From Vicugna vicugna (lineage: Eukaryota): a stretch of DNA of 64,000 nucleotides. The position numbers and the translations under genes are program-made. The notes under the pieces are model-generated. The model searched no databases, was not told the DNA's origin, and saw nothing but the letters and a program-made list of their open reading frames with translations. Positions within the stretch are counted from its first letter, which is position 1. Every line of letters begins with the position of its first letter. This document shows positions 39,401 to 54,400 of this stretch, piece after piece. Location: contig MU058221.1 of assembly GCA_013265495.1 (NCBI GenBank), positions 4,590,001 through 4,654,000 on the forward strand. The letters are read 5' to 3'.

Positions 39401-42400
39401 AGTTGTTATCATTTTAAATGATCCAGTCTTATTAGCCAAAGCCCTTGTGATGACACAATAATGAGAACCTGAGAAGTCCTTTTGGAATAAATGGTTCTCA
39501 GAATAATGCATCCTCTTTCACTAAAGAGCATGTGGTATGCTGTGCCCTGCGGTCTCACCAGGTCACTGTCTACATTTCATGTAGAAATTAGAAGTCTTTC
39601 AGAGGTACGTACCGCGCCAGGGCCATGGTCTCAAGTGTCACTAAAGTTCTAACTGTCACCAGCTCTGTGGTTGGCCCCCCGAGGAGAGCCCCAGCAGCCC
39701 AGCGGGACAGAGTGGTTTTCCAGCCTGATCTGGAAGCCAGCCATTCTGCCTGATGTTCGGCCCCAGCAGCCTGTTTCCTCACTGGGGGACGAGCTGGCCG
39801 AGCTGGCTTGCTGAGCGTCTTAGGGCACACGGTGCCCCCGGACCTGCAGGAACGTCCTTGCTCATTCTTACTACAGGTTAGAACCACAGTAAGGGCCACC
39901 CACCTAGGATCCTACCCCTCATGCGAGATGTTCCATGGGGTGGGGGTGGGGAGGGCACTGTGTTCTGTTTATTATGGCCTAAAGTTGTATGTACGTAGAT
40001 TTAGTCATACTATTACTTAACACTGTAAAAACTATAGATGCCAGAATTTTTAATTTGCTTCATGCGTCAGATGGTTGTGTTACTTCCTGCCACTATTATG
40101 CGTTTTCTGCCTTTTCTTCTGCCTCCAGCAGTGATGGTTTGATGCAATTTTATGCTTATTATCTAGCCCACATAGGTTTACTTTAATATGTTTTTACTAT
40201 GGCATTTGTGTTTTAATTAATATAACCTGACCTACTTTGTCCCATTTAATTGTCTTTGCCTTGAAGTCTTAATGTAGCCGGTGTTACTCCTATCACTGAA
40301 GGTTTCTTTTTGCTCACATTTGATGGCTATACCTCTGTGCATCCTTTTATTTTTTAACTTCTCTGTCATGTTTTAGCTTTGCATATTGTAAGTGGTTTGA
40401 ATTTGTTTCCTGATCTCATTTTAAATTCTTTACTTTTTAATTAGGTTGGGTAGGGGGAGACTAATATATTTACAATTGTGGTGATGTAAAACCCAGATAG
40501 TAAATGCAGAGATTTTTTAAATTACCAACTATAGTTATTTAATTGCAAAGTCAAAACAAGTCTAACTAAAGCATATTTTAAAATTATGTTTCCAGGATCG
40601 TTTGAGACTTATATTAACCCACAGGACCAGGACGCCTATTCGAAAACAGAGGATGATCATTTCGTGACAGAGGAAAGGCTGACCACAAGCAATAATTCTT
40701 GGCATCCAGAATTAAGTTCTTTCCAAAAGCTAATTCTTATTAAATGTTGTAAAGAAGAAAAGGTAGGATACTTTTTAATTAAAGAACTGTGCTTATCATA
40801 ATTCCTACTGAAGCTCACCAGCCAGCTATGATTCATAAACTGGTTAGGTTTATTGTTTAAGACAGTAACAATGGCCAAGTTTGGGAGGCGGTTCTAAGAA
40901 ATGGAGCTCTGTGTTATCAGCAGAACACAGTGTCCTACATAGAAAATGATGGCGAGCCGGCGGGGAACCTGGTCGTCCTTCCCAAGTACGTGCCGCTCGG
41001 GAGCTTGCGTTCCCTGCCAGAGAGGGCAGGGGCCGGCTGAGTGCCGTTGGCAGGGAGCCGATGGGCCTTTCAGATCTCGGCAGCAATGAGAAGGAAGCGT
41101 TTGAAGAGAATAAAACCATAGTCACCAAGATCAGTTTGAAGGCAGCTGAAGTCGTTAATGTGAGAAATTATCGCAGCCTGAGTTAGGATGGAGACAGCAG
41201 ATGAAGGAGATGGAGGGAGCTGTGGGGATGAGGCATCTGGTGTAGTTCCCAGTTTCTGCCCTGGTACCAAAGGGGACAGCCGTATCAACAGCCAAGCAAA
41301 CGTGAAAGGAGAAACACGTCAGAGAAAGATGTCACTGAGTCTGCAGTGCCGACCAGCTACCAGCACAGACAGCCGTCTGGGGACAAATTAATATCTGGGT
41401 AGAAAACTCTAGAGATAAATGTGGCTTAGAAACAGACCTGGGAATCATCAGCACTGAGTTGGAAAGGAAAACCACAGGACTTGTTGAAACGGTAGAGGAA
41501 TAACAGAAGAAGGGGACAGGTGGGCGAAGGACGAAACCCAGAGCAGTACCGCCTTGGAAGGGGCAGCGAGAAACGACGAAGCACGCGTGAGGAGGAGCAG
41601 GCAGAGGGGCAAGAAGAGCCCCAGCAGACAGGCGTGACATGGAAACTAAGGCGGTACAGCGTTTCGACACAGCAGAAGTTATCAGTGAACGAATGGTGTT
41701 CCTATGAGAAATGAGAGACAAACTCACTGGAGAAAGACGGAGTGTAGTTGGGAGATACTGAGGCTACGTTGTAGGCTTTTCTGCTGTCTCTGCAGGAACA
41801 CAGAAAGGCTGAGGGGTAGACCCGGGCTACAGATAACTGCAGTAGATGAACAGAAGACACAAAGCCATTGAGACTGCTGGAAGGAGTAGTTCTGGAAAAT
41901 GGAAGAGATCTAAGACAAGGCTTACAGACTGAGGGAAAGGAAAGACCTCGAAAGTTCCTTGAAAGATGTAGTTGAACTAGAGGTGTAGCACAGCTAGAAG
42001 GAGGCAGAGAGGTTGTGATCAAAGTTGAGCGTAAAATTTCTGATGAGCAGTGCCAAGTGATGACAGTGTCCTGGGGGTGGCCACAGGTGTGGGTGACCGA
42101 GGATGTGATGCAGTGACATACACTAGAGTTAGAGGTCAAGAAACTGTGAGGTAGGATGTTGGATGGCCTTGTGGACCCTGAACCTGGGTTGTGTCACCCC
42201 AGATGATGACAAGACAGTGCCTGGGACACAGCTGATAAATCACTGGAACAGACATGAATGAAAAGGAAGGCTGTGAGTCAGGCAGGTGGAAAGTCTTCAG
42301 TGAATATGGGACAGTGGCCACCAGGCTGGATGCCGACAAAAATGAAAGGATGACTAAATGGCAGAAGCCCCAGAGAAGGAGTTTTAAAGATTAAGACATA

Positions 42401-45400
42401 GGCTAGAAAATTCTAGACTGTGGGAAATTTTTGTTGATGCTGTTCCAGGTTCTGTGTCCCTGCGTATGAGCTTTAGGTTACAACCACAGACAGCAAACCT
42501 AATAAGTTTAAGGGGGAAAAAAAGGATTTATTAAAATAAAAGATACTTGGGTAGCTCATTAAGTTCAAGGAAAAGCCAAATTAATCATGCCTCAGGAAGA
42601 GTGATAACCTGGGCAGCTCAGAGCCCCCAGCAGCGGGATTATCACTGGGCACCACGCTTCCCAGCTACAACTGTTACTCTAGTTGCAAATCTTACATCAG
42701 ATAAGTGGCTAGTATACTAAATAACTTTCCTTTGCCACGCAGAAACTTTTTAGTACGATGTAGTCTCACACTTATTTTGGCTTTCATTGATTTTGCTTTT
42801 GGTCAGATTAAAAAAAACCATCGCCAAGACCTATGTCAAGGACTTTAATGCCTATGTTTTCTTCTAGAAATTTTATGGTTTCAGGCCTTATGTTCAAGTC
42901 TTTAATCCATTTTGAGTTAATTTTTGTATATAGTTGTAAGGTAGTGGTTGAGTTTCATTCTTTTCCATGTGACTGTCTGGTTTTCCCAGCACCATTAATT
43001 GAAGAAACCGTCCTTTCCCTGTTGTATGTTCTTGCCTCCTCTGATGTAATTTAATTGACCACATACGCCTGAGTTTACATCTGGGCTCCTTATTCTGTTC
43101 CATCCATCTGTGTGTCTGTTTTCATGCCAATATCATACAGCTTTGATTATTACCGCTTTGTAACTAGTTTAAGATCAGAGAGTGTGATGCCTCCAGCTCT
43201 GTTCTTCCTCAAGATTCCTTTGGCTCTTTGAGGTTTTCTTGTGGTTCCAGACAAATTTTTTAGAATTATTTGTTTTAGTCTCTGAAAAATGCCATTGGAG
43301 TTTTGATACGGACTGCGCTGAATGTGCAGATTGCTTTGGGTTTTGTGGGCATTTTTAACAATATTGTTTCTTCCAATCCATGAATACAGAATATCTTTTC
43401 ATTTATTTGTTTCTTCTTCATTTTTCTGTCGTTAACATCTTGCAGTTTTCAGTATATAGGTCTTCCGCCTGCTTGGTTAAATTTATTCCTAGGTATTTCA
43501 TTCTTTTTGATGCAACTGTGAATAGGATTGTTTTCTTTGTTTCTCTTTCTTATAGTTTGTTATTAGTGTATAAGAATACAACAGATTTTCTGTCTTGATT
43601 TTATATCCTGCAGCTTTCCACTGAATTCATTTATTAGTTGTAACAGTTTTTTGATAGTCTTTAGTTTTTTGTATATAATACTGTCATCTGCAAACAGTGA
43701 CAGTTTTACTTCTTCCTTTCCAATTCGATGGTTTTATTTATTTTCCCACCTAACTGCTCTGGCTAGGACTTTTAATACTATGTTGAATTAAAGTGGTAAG
43801 AGTGGGCATCGCTGTCCTGCTCCTGTTCTTAAAGGAAAAGCTTTCACCTTTTCACCGTTGAATATGATGTTAACTGTGGGCCTGTCATATATGTCCTGTA
43901 TTATGTTGAGGTATGTTCCCACTTTTGGGGAGTTTTTAATCATAAATGGCTATTGACTGTCATTAAATGCTTTTTATGCACCTATTGAGGTGCTTTTTAT
44001 CCTTTATTTTGTTAATGTGTATCACTGACTGATTTGTGAATGTTGAACCATCCTTGCATCCTTGGAATAAATCCCACTTGATCATATGTATGATTCTTTT
44101 AATGTACTGCTGAACTTGGTTTGCTAATATTTTATTGAGGATTTTTGCATCTTTGTTCATCGGGGATATTGGTCTGTAATTTTCTTGCAGTGTCCTTGCC
44201 TAATGATGGTCATCAGACTTTCTTGTGCTTATTCGCTATTTGTAGAACTGTCTATTCAGATCCTTTGCCATTTATTAAAATTGTCTGTTTCTTACGGAGT
44301 TGAGACCATTTTACTTATTTTAGATACAAGCTCCTTAACAGATGCATGATTTGAAAAAAGACGTTCTCCCACTCGGCGGTGGCCTTTAATACACCTGCAC
44401 GTACCTGTGCACTTTGCAGCTTTCTGCTTGTTACTGGTTTCTAGTTTCATGTGGTTGGCGAACATACTTGGTATGACTTCATTCTTCTTATATTTGCTAA
44501 GACCTGTTTTGTGACCTAACTTGTGATCTGTCCTTCAGGATGTTCTATGTGCACTTCAGAATTTAGGTGCTCTGATCATATATATTTATAACTGTTACAT
44601 CCTCCTGATGAATTGACCCTTTTGTTATTATATAATGACCTTCTTTGTCCCTTGTTAGAATTTTTTGCTTAAAATCTACTTTGTCTGATACATGGATAGC
44701 TACCTCTGCTCTCTTTTTGTTTCCATTTGTATGAAATATCTTTTTCCATTCCTTTACTTCGAGCCTGTATGTGTCCTTGAAGCTGAACTAAGTCTCTTGT
44801 GAGCACCATACCATAGGCCTTGTTTTTTGTTTTATCCAGTGAACCACTCTATGCCTTTTGATTGGAGAATTTAATCCATTTCCATTTAGAGTAATTACTG
44901 TTAGGTAAGGACTTACCAGTGCCGCCTTACTAGCTGTTTCCTGGTGGTTTTACAGTTCTCTTGCTCCTTTCTTCCTCTCTTGCTGTCTTCCTTTTTGAGT
45001 TGATGATCTTCCATAGTGTACGTTTTGATTTATTACCTTTACCTTTTGTGAATCTACTGTTAAGTTTTTGCTTTATGGTTACATGAGGCCTATATGAGAC
45101 ATTTTGTAGATATAACAGTCTATTTTAAGCTGATAACTTAACTTTGTACACAGGAACTTTACCCTGTCTCTCCGCACACACTGTATTTTTGATGTCATAG
45201 CTTATTTTTTATATAGTGCACCCATTAACAAATTATTTTAGCTATAGCTGTTTTTAATACTTTTATCATTTAACCTTTTACTAGAACTAAGTGATTAGCA
45301 CAAAACCGTAGTTCTGTGTCATTCTGATTTTGACTATATGCTTACCTTTAACCCGTATATTTTATATTTCTGTATGTTTTCATGTTACTAATTAGCATCC

Positions 45401-48400
45401 ATTCGTTTCAGCTTGAAGACTTTCTTCTAGCACTCCTTCTAAGGCAGATCTAATCAAGAGGGAACGCATGCAGGAGGCCAGTGCACTGCCCTCGGGGACG
45501 CTGAAGGGGAGAGACAGGATACAAGTACAGGGGATCCACATGCAATTTTTTTTAAATGTTTTTCCTTTCACCTTTCAGGTGGTTTTCGCTCTTACAGACT
45601 TTGTAATAGAAAATCTTGGGAAATGCTTTATAGAGACTCCACCCGTGGACCTGCCCACTCTGTACCAGGACATGTCGTACAGCACTCCCCTGGTGTTTAT
45701 CCTGAGCACAGGCTCGGACCCCATGGGCGCATTTCAGAGGTTTGCCCGGGACAGCGGGTATTCAGGACGGTAAGCTCACACTGTGCAGTTTTAACAATTC
45801 ACATGAACATCTCCTTGTTAAAATTTCCCTTTTTTTCCTACCCTCTGTGGAGTGTGAATTCCTAACTCAGGAATCCCTTCCAAAATAGATTAAGATACTT
45901 TAATCTTAATTTAAGATACTATTTAGTTAGCTCTGCGGGTTGTTAAAATGGTGTTAAAAATCATAAAAGCAGATGTAAACTTCATTTGAGCAAAGGGGAG
46001 ACTGTTTAAAATGTTAAAGTTTAATAATCTGATAGAATAGTGATTAAAACATTTGTTACTTAAGACATTATTTTAATGTAACTGTTAAAGGACTGTCGTT
46101 TACTCCTCAGCGCAAATGTGCAAAAAATTCCACAGCTCTTTATGTTGTATTATTAAATGTCATCTTTCTCCTGAGCCTCTGCTCTGCTGGCTAACAGGGG
46201 GAGGAGGAAGTTTAAATTTGTGAATTTACATTATTATATTTTCTTCTGGTTTAAGTGTCTCTAGGGTAAGCTGACTTGGCTTCATTCTCATGAAAGCTGA
46301 GTCTTCCTGACTTCTCTTCTTTCCCTAACCCTCCCCAAGGTGGTGTCCTGATGGGTGAGAAGGTGCATGAGGCCACCGGGTGACAGGGAGGAGGAGGGGT
46401 CTCGTATCTAGGAGGTAATCCCCAGCTCTGACGGGCCCTTGCGTGGAGTGGCTGGTCTGGCCTGTTCCCTGGACTGGGGATTACGAAATAATGGAGGCCA
46501 TCTGTTCTTTGACGTTCATAATATATATTAGTCAGGCTTCTCCAGAGAAACAGGACCAATGATAGATAGATAGACAGACAGACAGACAGATAGATAATAC
46601 AGATGGATGGATGGATGGATGTATAGATAGAGATATATGCAATGTGTATACAATACCCTACATATATTTTATCCTATTTATGTGTGTATATATTATGTAT
46701 GTAAAATAAGAAATTGGCCTACATGATTATGGAGGCTGATAAGTCCCAAAATCTTGCAGTCAGCAAGACAGAAACCCGGAAGAGCTGATGTGTAGTTCCG
46801 GTCCAAGCCCAAAGGCCTGAAAACCAAGAGTAATGATGGTCCAAGTTCCAATCTGAAAGCCAGCGGGCTCAAGACCCAAGCAAAGCCAGTGTTTTCATCT
46901 GAATCCAAAGGCCAGAAAAGACCAAATGTCCCAGCTCACTCAGGCAGGAGTTCCCTCGTACTCAGCCTTTTTGTTCTGTTCAGGTCTTCACCTGATCGGA
47001 TGAGGCCCCTCCACAATAAGGAGGACAGTCTGCTTTACTCAGTCTACAGATGCAAATACTAATCTCACCCAGAAACACCCTCACAGACTCACTCAGAATA
47101 ATGTCTGGGCACCATGTGACCCAGTCACGTTGACACATAAAATTAACCATCAAATGGTCCTATATATCTACCTCTGGGTCTGAAGTCCTAACAAAGAATT
47201 AGTAAGCAGAGCTTTTAAGAGCGCCTGTGAATTAATAAGAAAAAGAAAATAATCCAATAGGAACAAAGACCCAGAAATGTGAACAAGAAATTCTCAGAAA
47301 AGGAAATCTAAATGCCCGATAAGCACATGAAAAGCTGCCCAACCCACTAATAATTAGGGGACAACAAATTAAAACCCTAAGAAGATGTCGCTTCTTACTC
47401 ATCAAATCAGCAAAAAGGAGGCAGAGAGAGGGAGCGACAGAAACATTCATACTGCAAGTGGGAGCGAGAAACTTGTTAAATAAGTAGACAAATGACCAGT
47501 ACATAAACCTATGAAAAGGGGAAACAATTTAAAACCTCAGTGAGATACCACTGTATATCCACCAGGTGTTTGCAAGGGTATGAATATATATATATATTTT
47601 TTTGATTCACATATATGTATGATTTCACAGCTATAAATTCAAAAACAAGCAAAAATTAATCTATGGTGTTAGGATTCAAAATAGGTGCTGCCTTTGAGAA
47701 TAAGGAAGGATACGGACTGGGAAGCTGCCAGTAATGTTTTCTTTTTCATCTTTTTTGTCCTGGGTGGTGGTCCACATGTCCATTCACTCTGGGAGAACTC
47801 ATCAAGCCATACACTAATGATCTGTGTTCTTTTGTATATATGTTAGACTTCAGTGTTTTCAAAAGGTTTTAAAAACCAGTCTATAGTGTTGGAAGTCAAG
47901 ACAATGGGTGCCTTTGGGAAGGAGGAAGGGGAAACTGACTGAAGCAGAAAGGGGCACGGGGAGATGCCTCTGGAGTGTCGGCAGTTTCTCTTCTCAACCA
48001 CAGATGTTCATTTGTGATAATTCACAGAACTGTGTATTTTTTTTGCACTTTTCTATCTATGTGTTATAGTAAAAAAAAAATTTTTTTAAACAAGAAAATA
48101 AGAAAACTACTTGCACGTCTATCAGAATGAGGATTTGAAATGTGTGCGTGTTCTAGGCAAGAGTCTACTATATTTACATTTCTTAATAGTTATGTTGCTT
48201 AAAAATAATAGAAACACCATTTTGTTGTTGTTGTGGTTGTTCAATTCAGGGTGCAGTCGATCTCACTGGGGCAAGGGCAAGGACCCATTGCTGAAAAAAT
48301 GATCAAAGATGCAATGAAATCAGGAAACTGGGTATTTCTTCAAAACTGCCATCTTGCTGTCTCTTGGATGTTGGCGATGGAAGAGCTCATTAAAACCTTC

Positions 48401-51400
48401 ACAGATCCAAGTATGTGGAGCATACAGCATCTATATAAGAATGCCATTTTTATGTGGCCTTTCTTGTTGAATCCAACCCTTATAATAATTCTTTATTGTA
48501 GGAACTATATTTCCCTATTTATTAAAAAGGAGAAATTTGAGCTCTAGAGGGGTTTAGTTAAGTTACAGAACCCAGACTCAAATAAAGATCTTCAGACTCC
48601 AAATTGAGGGTGTGAGCCACTGGATCCCTGCTGTTTCATGCTTCCTTCTATGGGAGGCTATTTGAATTCAAAATGACTTTCATCTAGGCATGATAAAAAA
48701 GCAATAAAAAATGGACTAAGGACAAAACAAAAGGAAGTTAAATCTTTCACTACAAAGTGAGAGAAGTTAAGGGAAAGAGTTTAAATTAGCACCAGTTCTC
48801 TTAGTGTTTTACCACTTTTTAAGCCTCTGTCACCCACATGACAATTAACCTTCACACGTGCCCCAGAGCCACACACCCCCCACGGATGTGCCCGGCATTA
48901 GCCATGGTTGCCATCACTAACTATGATATCACCACTGTCTTTCCCGCTGTAGAAAGCAGAGTGGAGCAAAGAGAGAGGAAGTGGCGTTGGAATCGACTCA
49001 TTTTTATAGGTTTAGTGTAAAAATAATTGAAGCCTTAGGGACTGTATATTGACCACTCTCCCAGGAGGCCATGGAGGAGAACCAGCAGCCTGCGACAGCC
49101 AGGGCCCTTTCTCTGGGGTCTTCCTTTGTGCCCTGCCCACAGAAGGCGTCCTGGGAAGGTGACACACAAGGTCTTGCAAATGACTTTCCTCATTGCCGCC
49201 CAGCAAGGTGAGGAGCTGCTCCTGTACAGAGGGGCCAGCCTGCACCGGTTACCAAGCCACAAGCGGGGCTTAGCGGCCTTCCCGCCAAGGCCCCTCACTC
49301 CCTGGTGCCCCCGGGCCCTGCCTGCTGCCGGCTGCTTCCATCAGGGATAAGGAGTCATTGGCGTCTCCCATCCAGAATCTCTATGCTTTCCACTCTCTGC
49401 AGTGCAGTTAAGAGACGGCCCTCTTCCTGCTGGGCCTCTGGCTTATTTCCATTCCAATAATTCAAGAAAAAATAACAAGCAGGTCTTTACCACTGCGCAG
49501 GGTTCCCTGATGATTAGGATTGTGATTAAGGAAAAAGACGCCAGGACGGCAGCCAAGAAGCCGTTCGCAGCAGTGGTGCTGTGTGGGCCCCCCGCGTGCG
49601 CACGCATCCTCCAGCTTCACGGGGGACCTTGGCAAGCGCGTCGGCTGGCTCTGCAGGGAGGCTGCGCGGGCTGTGGGAGCCAGCCGCAGTGGCTGGGCTT
49701 CAGGTGCTTAAGTGGGTAGGAAAATCCTCTCTGGCCCTTGTCACCATCGTTTATTGACTTAACCCTTTGAGTTCTAATGTTTAACTTGAACCAGAAAAAA
49801 AATAAAACACAGTCAGGTAATAAGCTGAAGAGAGAAAATGAACAAAAGAAAAAAAGAGAAAAGAAGGAAAAAAAAAACTTCTGGACTTGAAATTCTAAGA
49901 CCTGAGTCAGGTTCAGCCCCCACCACTTCCTGACTTGTCCACATCACGCCGCTTCCCTGGGCCTCAGTTTCCCCAGCAATAAAATGACTACAGAGTGTCC
50001 TTGGTAGAAGTTCCACACTAAGGTGATTGCTAAGATTCCATTCCAGCTCTAAACTTCTGTGATGTCTACGAAACAAGATTCTTGATGCTTCTGTGATTAT
50101 AAGGGGAAAAGTGTTTTTAAAAATGCTTCTCTAAACCTGGTCTTTTTCACTCTTTGGGTTTTTGGGGGGTTTTTTTGGTTAATGAAATCATTAGCCCTAA
50201 GACTTAGATGATGTCTGACTTCTGTGCCCAATTGTTTTTTTACCATACAAGCCACTTTAGTGTCGCTGTAGAACTGCACTAGAATTAACTTTAATTTTGG
50301 CTATTTAACGTGAATTCAGATGACCAAGCCAAGAAGCATAAATTCAGCTTTAAGCTGCAGTCATTCATTGACTAAATATTTGAGAACCTACTAGACACCG
50401 TGCACTGTTCCAGATGCTTAGGGCGTGTGTGTTGGTGAACAAAACAACCACAGACACGTGCCCTCATAGAGCTGACATGCTAGTGAGGAGAGAGAGACAA
50501 GCCACAGAACAAATAAATGATGTATACAGTATGACAGAATGTGATCGGTGGCTTTGGCAAAAGTTAGAAGGAGGGTATGGAGGATCAGAAAAGCTGGGAT
50601 GGAACAGGGCTGAGGAGGAAGGGTAGACGGCGGTTTTAAGTGGCGTGGTCTGGGTAGACCTCTTTGAGAAGGTGACGTTTGATCCAGAAATGAAGAAAGT
50701 GAGGGAGGCTAAGCGGAGGGCGCGCCAGGGAGGAGGAGCAGCTGGTGCTCAGGGCCGAGGAAGGGAGCAAGCTGAGGAGTGGAGGAGAGCGTGGTGCGGA
50801 GAAAGGCCCCTTCGGGTGAGGCCTGTGCCTTCCTGTGGCGGGAACAGTGGTTCCTCCACCTTTGCTCTGCTCTCCTGAACCCAGGGTGGAGCTTGTTCCT
50901 TCCTGGGTTTTCAGTCCACAGCTTAGAAGGAAGCGACCTGACTTAACTTCTTGATGCCACGCGTGCAGTCTCTCCGTGTCCCTGTCCCCTGAGTTCCCTC
51001 AGCAACTTCCCTGCACAAGGGAGTCCCTTTTCTCTCTGGCATTTTCATGCAATTTGCCTTAAACTGAGTGGCTAAAAAAACAAGACAAACAAAACAACTA
51101 ACGCCACTCGGTGAGCATAAACACACTAACTGTCCTCCTTTTGCAGTGAGACGTTTCACAGTCCCAGGGGACGGTCCTTAACATCCCTAACGAGAAAGTT
51201 AACACGCTCCTGATCTCTCTCCTCAAACGCACCGAGCCTGCCAAGCTCGCCTGCGTGGAGAGCTTCTGTAAAGACTCCCCCATCTCCGTTTTAGAACATT
51301 CCACAACACAAAACACTTAAAACAGACAAGCAGTCTTTGAACAGAACTTACAGCCTATTTTTTCACTATCCTGTAATAATTATTTCTTACAGAAAAGTGT

Positions 51401-54400
51401 TACTAAGAATTGAGCATTTTCCTTTTTTGTCTTTGTTTGAAACAGATGTTGTTATCAAGGACACCTTTCGACTCTTTTTAAGTTCCATGCCTAGCAATGC
51501 GTTCCCTGTCACAGTTCTTCAAAACTCTGTCAAGGTACCGTACACACCTGGTGGGAACTGTGGGAAGTGACCGGCCTCGGGGCGCTCACCGAGTGGGTCC
51601 CGGGAGCCCGGGCCTGTGCAGGCCTGAGTCAGCCCGGGCGGCCGAGGTGGGGAGGTGGGAGGCAGCGTCCCTTCACCCGAGAGTGAGAGGGAGCCGATCC
51701 CCCATTCCCCTGCCCACCCCCGCGGGCCCCAGTGCTGCTGGCCGTTCAGCACGTCCCCCTTGCCCTCTGCAAGAGAACGTCAAGCGTGCAGAGGGATGAG
51801 ACAGAACCCCATCCACAGTTAAGAGAATGTTCCAGCATCTGAGAGACAGACAGGCCTGCAAGTAGTATGGCTGCTGGAAGTTTCCAGTGTATGGGGAGCC
51901 TCTGCGTATGAGTGCCCACCAGGACCCGGGCTGCCTCCTCCCCGCCTGCCCCGTGCCATCCAGCAGAGCGCGGGCGAGGCCTCGCAAGCCTGCACAGCCA
52001 CCGTCTCTGCCACGTGTGTGTCTAAACCCAGGTAACCAACGAGCCTCCGAAAGGTTTACGCGCAAATATCAGACGAGCATTTACTGAAATGACACCTTCA
52101 TTTTTCGAAGAAAATATCCTTGGAAGAAAATGGAGACAAATAATATTCGGCATTTGTTTCTTTCATGCAATCATTCAGGTACACTCCATTTGCTTTTTAA
52201 CAGAATTAAGAAGAAGCGTATTATGTTTTTAAAAATCAGTCAATAAAAAGTAAGAATTAAATGAAAACTTACAGATGGCCTTGTGAAACGCTGAGGGCCC
52301 TGTTCTGTCTGAACCCAAGTTGTCTCAGTCAGTCCCTGATCTCTGTCCACCCCTTGCCTCAGGGTCTCCCAGCTCTGCCCGCCGGCTCTGCCCTGACCTG
52401 AGGGGCACCACCGCCGGATGAGTGCAGAAGGGCAGATTCGAGAGCACAGCCCTGACCTCCTCAGCGGTGCTGGGCTCACAAAAGCGGCTTCCCCTCCAGA
52501 CTCTGCTTCTGAAACCGGTGGTCCCACTCCCTCCCCTGCCTGCGGTCAGGTTTCAGGAGTGTTGATTATTTTACCGTAAAGAACAGTGGTTCTTTCAACA
52601 GGTCTGTCACCCTGTCACACGTCCAGTAATATCAGACTCCCTTTTGGGAAACTGGAGAGGGGCCAGTGCCGGTGGAAGCGGCGCCCGCCCTGTTTGCTGA
52701 ACGCCTGGCTCAGGTTGAACTGCAAGGATTTTAGCCGATCTTGCAGGATGGGGGGGCCCAACCTGAACAGAAGCCTTTCAGTTTCCAATACTTTACACAG
52801 AATTAATTTTTATCAAATTCTAAGACCATTTTCATTTTCTATTCTAGGAGAGAAAGAAGTTTGGCCCTCTTGGTTGGAATATCTGCTATGAGTTTAACGA
52901 CAGCGACAGAGAATGTGCTTTACTGAACCTCAACCTGTACTGTCACGAAGGAAAGATCCCCTGGGACGCGCTGACTTACATCACCGGTCAGTACGCCCAC
53001 AGGGCCGGGCGTCCGGCCGCGCACCACACGGCCGTCGGCTTGCACTCACCTGGCTTGTTCCAGGGTGGTGTCCTGATAGTCACCAAGGTGGTGATGGTGG
53101 CGAGGACTTCTGAGATTCCCTTTGAGAATACGAGACCATGATAAGAATATCATGAGACTATTTGCCTATAGGAAATGGGGTAGATGTTCTCCCAAATAAT
53201 AGCAGCAAACCCTTAGCTCTTGCCACGTGCCGAGTGCTGTTTTAAGCACATCCCGTGAATTAACAGGTTTGACCCTCACAGCAGCCCTGTCAGGGGAGGA
53301 CTGTTATGTCCCTGATTTTACACGAGGAAACCAAAGCGCACGGTTTACAAGGGTGGAGCCAAGATTTAAACCCAGGCAGTCCAGCCTCCAGAATCTGTGC
53401 TGATGTAAAAATGCCTCTGCTTTGGAAAATGTTATAAATAGACTTACCATCTGACCCAGCAATTCCATTCCACTCCCATGAATATACCAGGGGACACGAA
53501 AACACATGTCCATACCAAAACTTGTATGTAAATATTCTTAACAGTATTATTCATAATAGCCCAGAAGTGGAAACAACCTGAATGTCTAGCAACTGGTATA
53601 TGGATACATAAAATGAGGTGCACCCATACGATGTAATACGGTTCCACCATAAGGAATACAGCTCTGATACACTCGACACTGTGGATGAACCTCAAAAACG
53701 TTATGCTAAGAAAACGAAGCCAGACACGAATACCACATGTTGTATGATTTCGTTTATATGAAACTTCCAGAGAAGACAAATGTACAGACTGAAGGTAGCT
53801 TAGTGGCTGCAAGTGGCTGGGGACAGAAATGGGCAGTGACTGCAAACAGGCACAAGGTTTTGGGGGGTGGGAGGGAAATGATAGAAATGTCCTAAAGTTA
53901 GATCATGATGACAGTTACACAACTTTGTAAATTTACTAAAAACTATTTAATCACACATGTACATTTTACGTGACTTTTATGATTTTTAAGTTATAGCTCA
54001 TTAAAAATGTTTAAAAAGCAAACAATGGGAGTAAAAAGGCAACGCCTTATCCAGGCAGTAACACTGGCCAGTGGTGGGGTTTGAGGCAATCACTTAAGGA
54101 TGAATGCAGAAAATATTGATTTGTTCTACTGTATAAATGCTGGACTATAACTCAATAAAAAAATGTTTAAAAATAAATAAATAAATAGAAAAAAATGCTG
54201 GAAATACAAGATGACATGGTCCCTGCCTACCAAAGGCTCAGGGGGTGGAGACGGTAAATTATATTGTGATGTGACAGCTGCCAAGACAGAAGTGTATGCG
54301 ATGGGAATTGAGAAGGAGCAGGAGGGAAGACAGACACCGGTCAGGACACTGCTATCTTGGAAGAAGTCAATTATTGAGGTTTCAAACACAAATAACCTCC

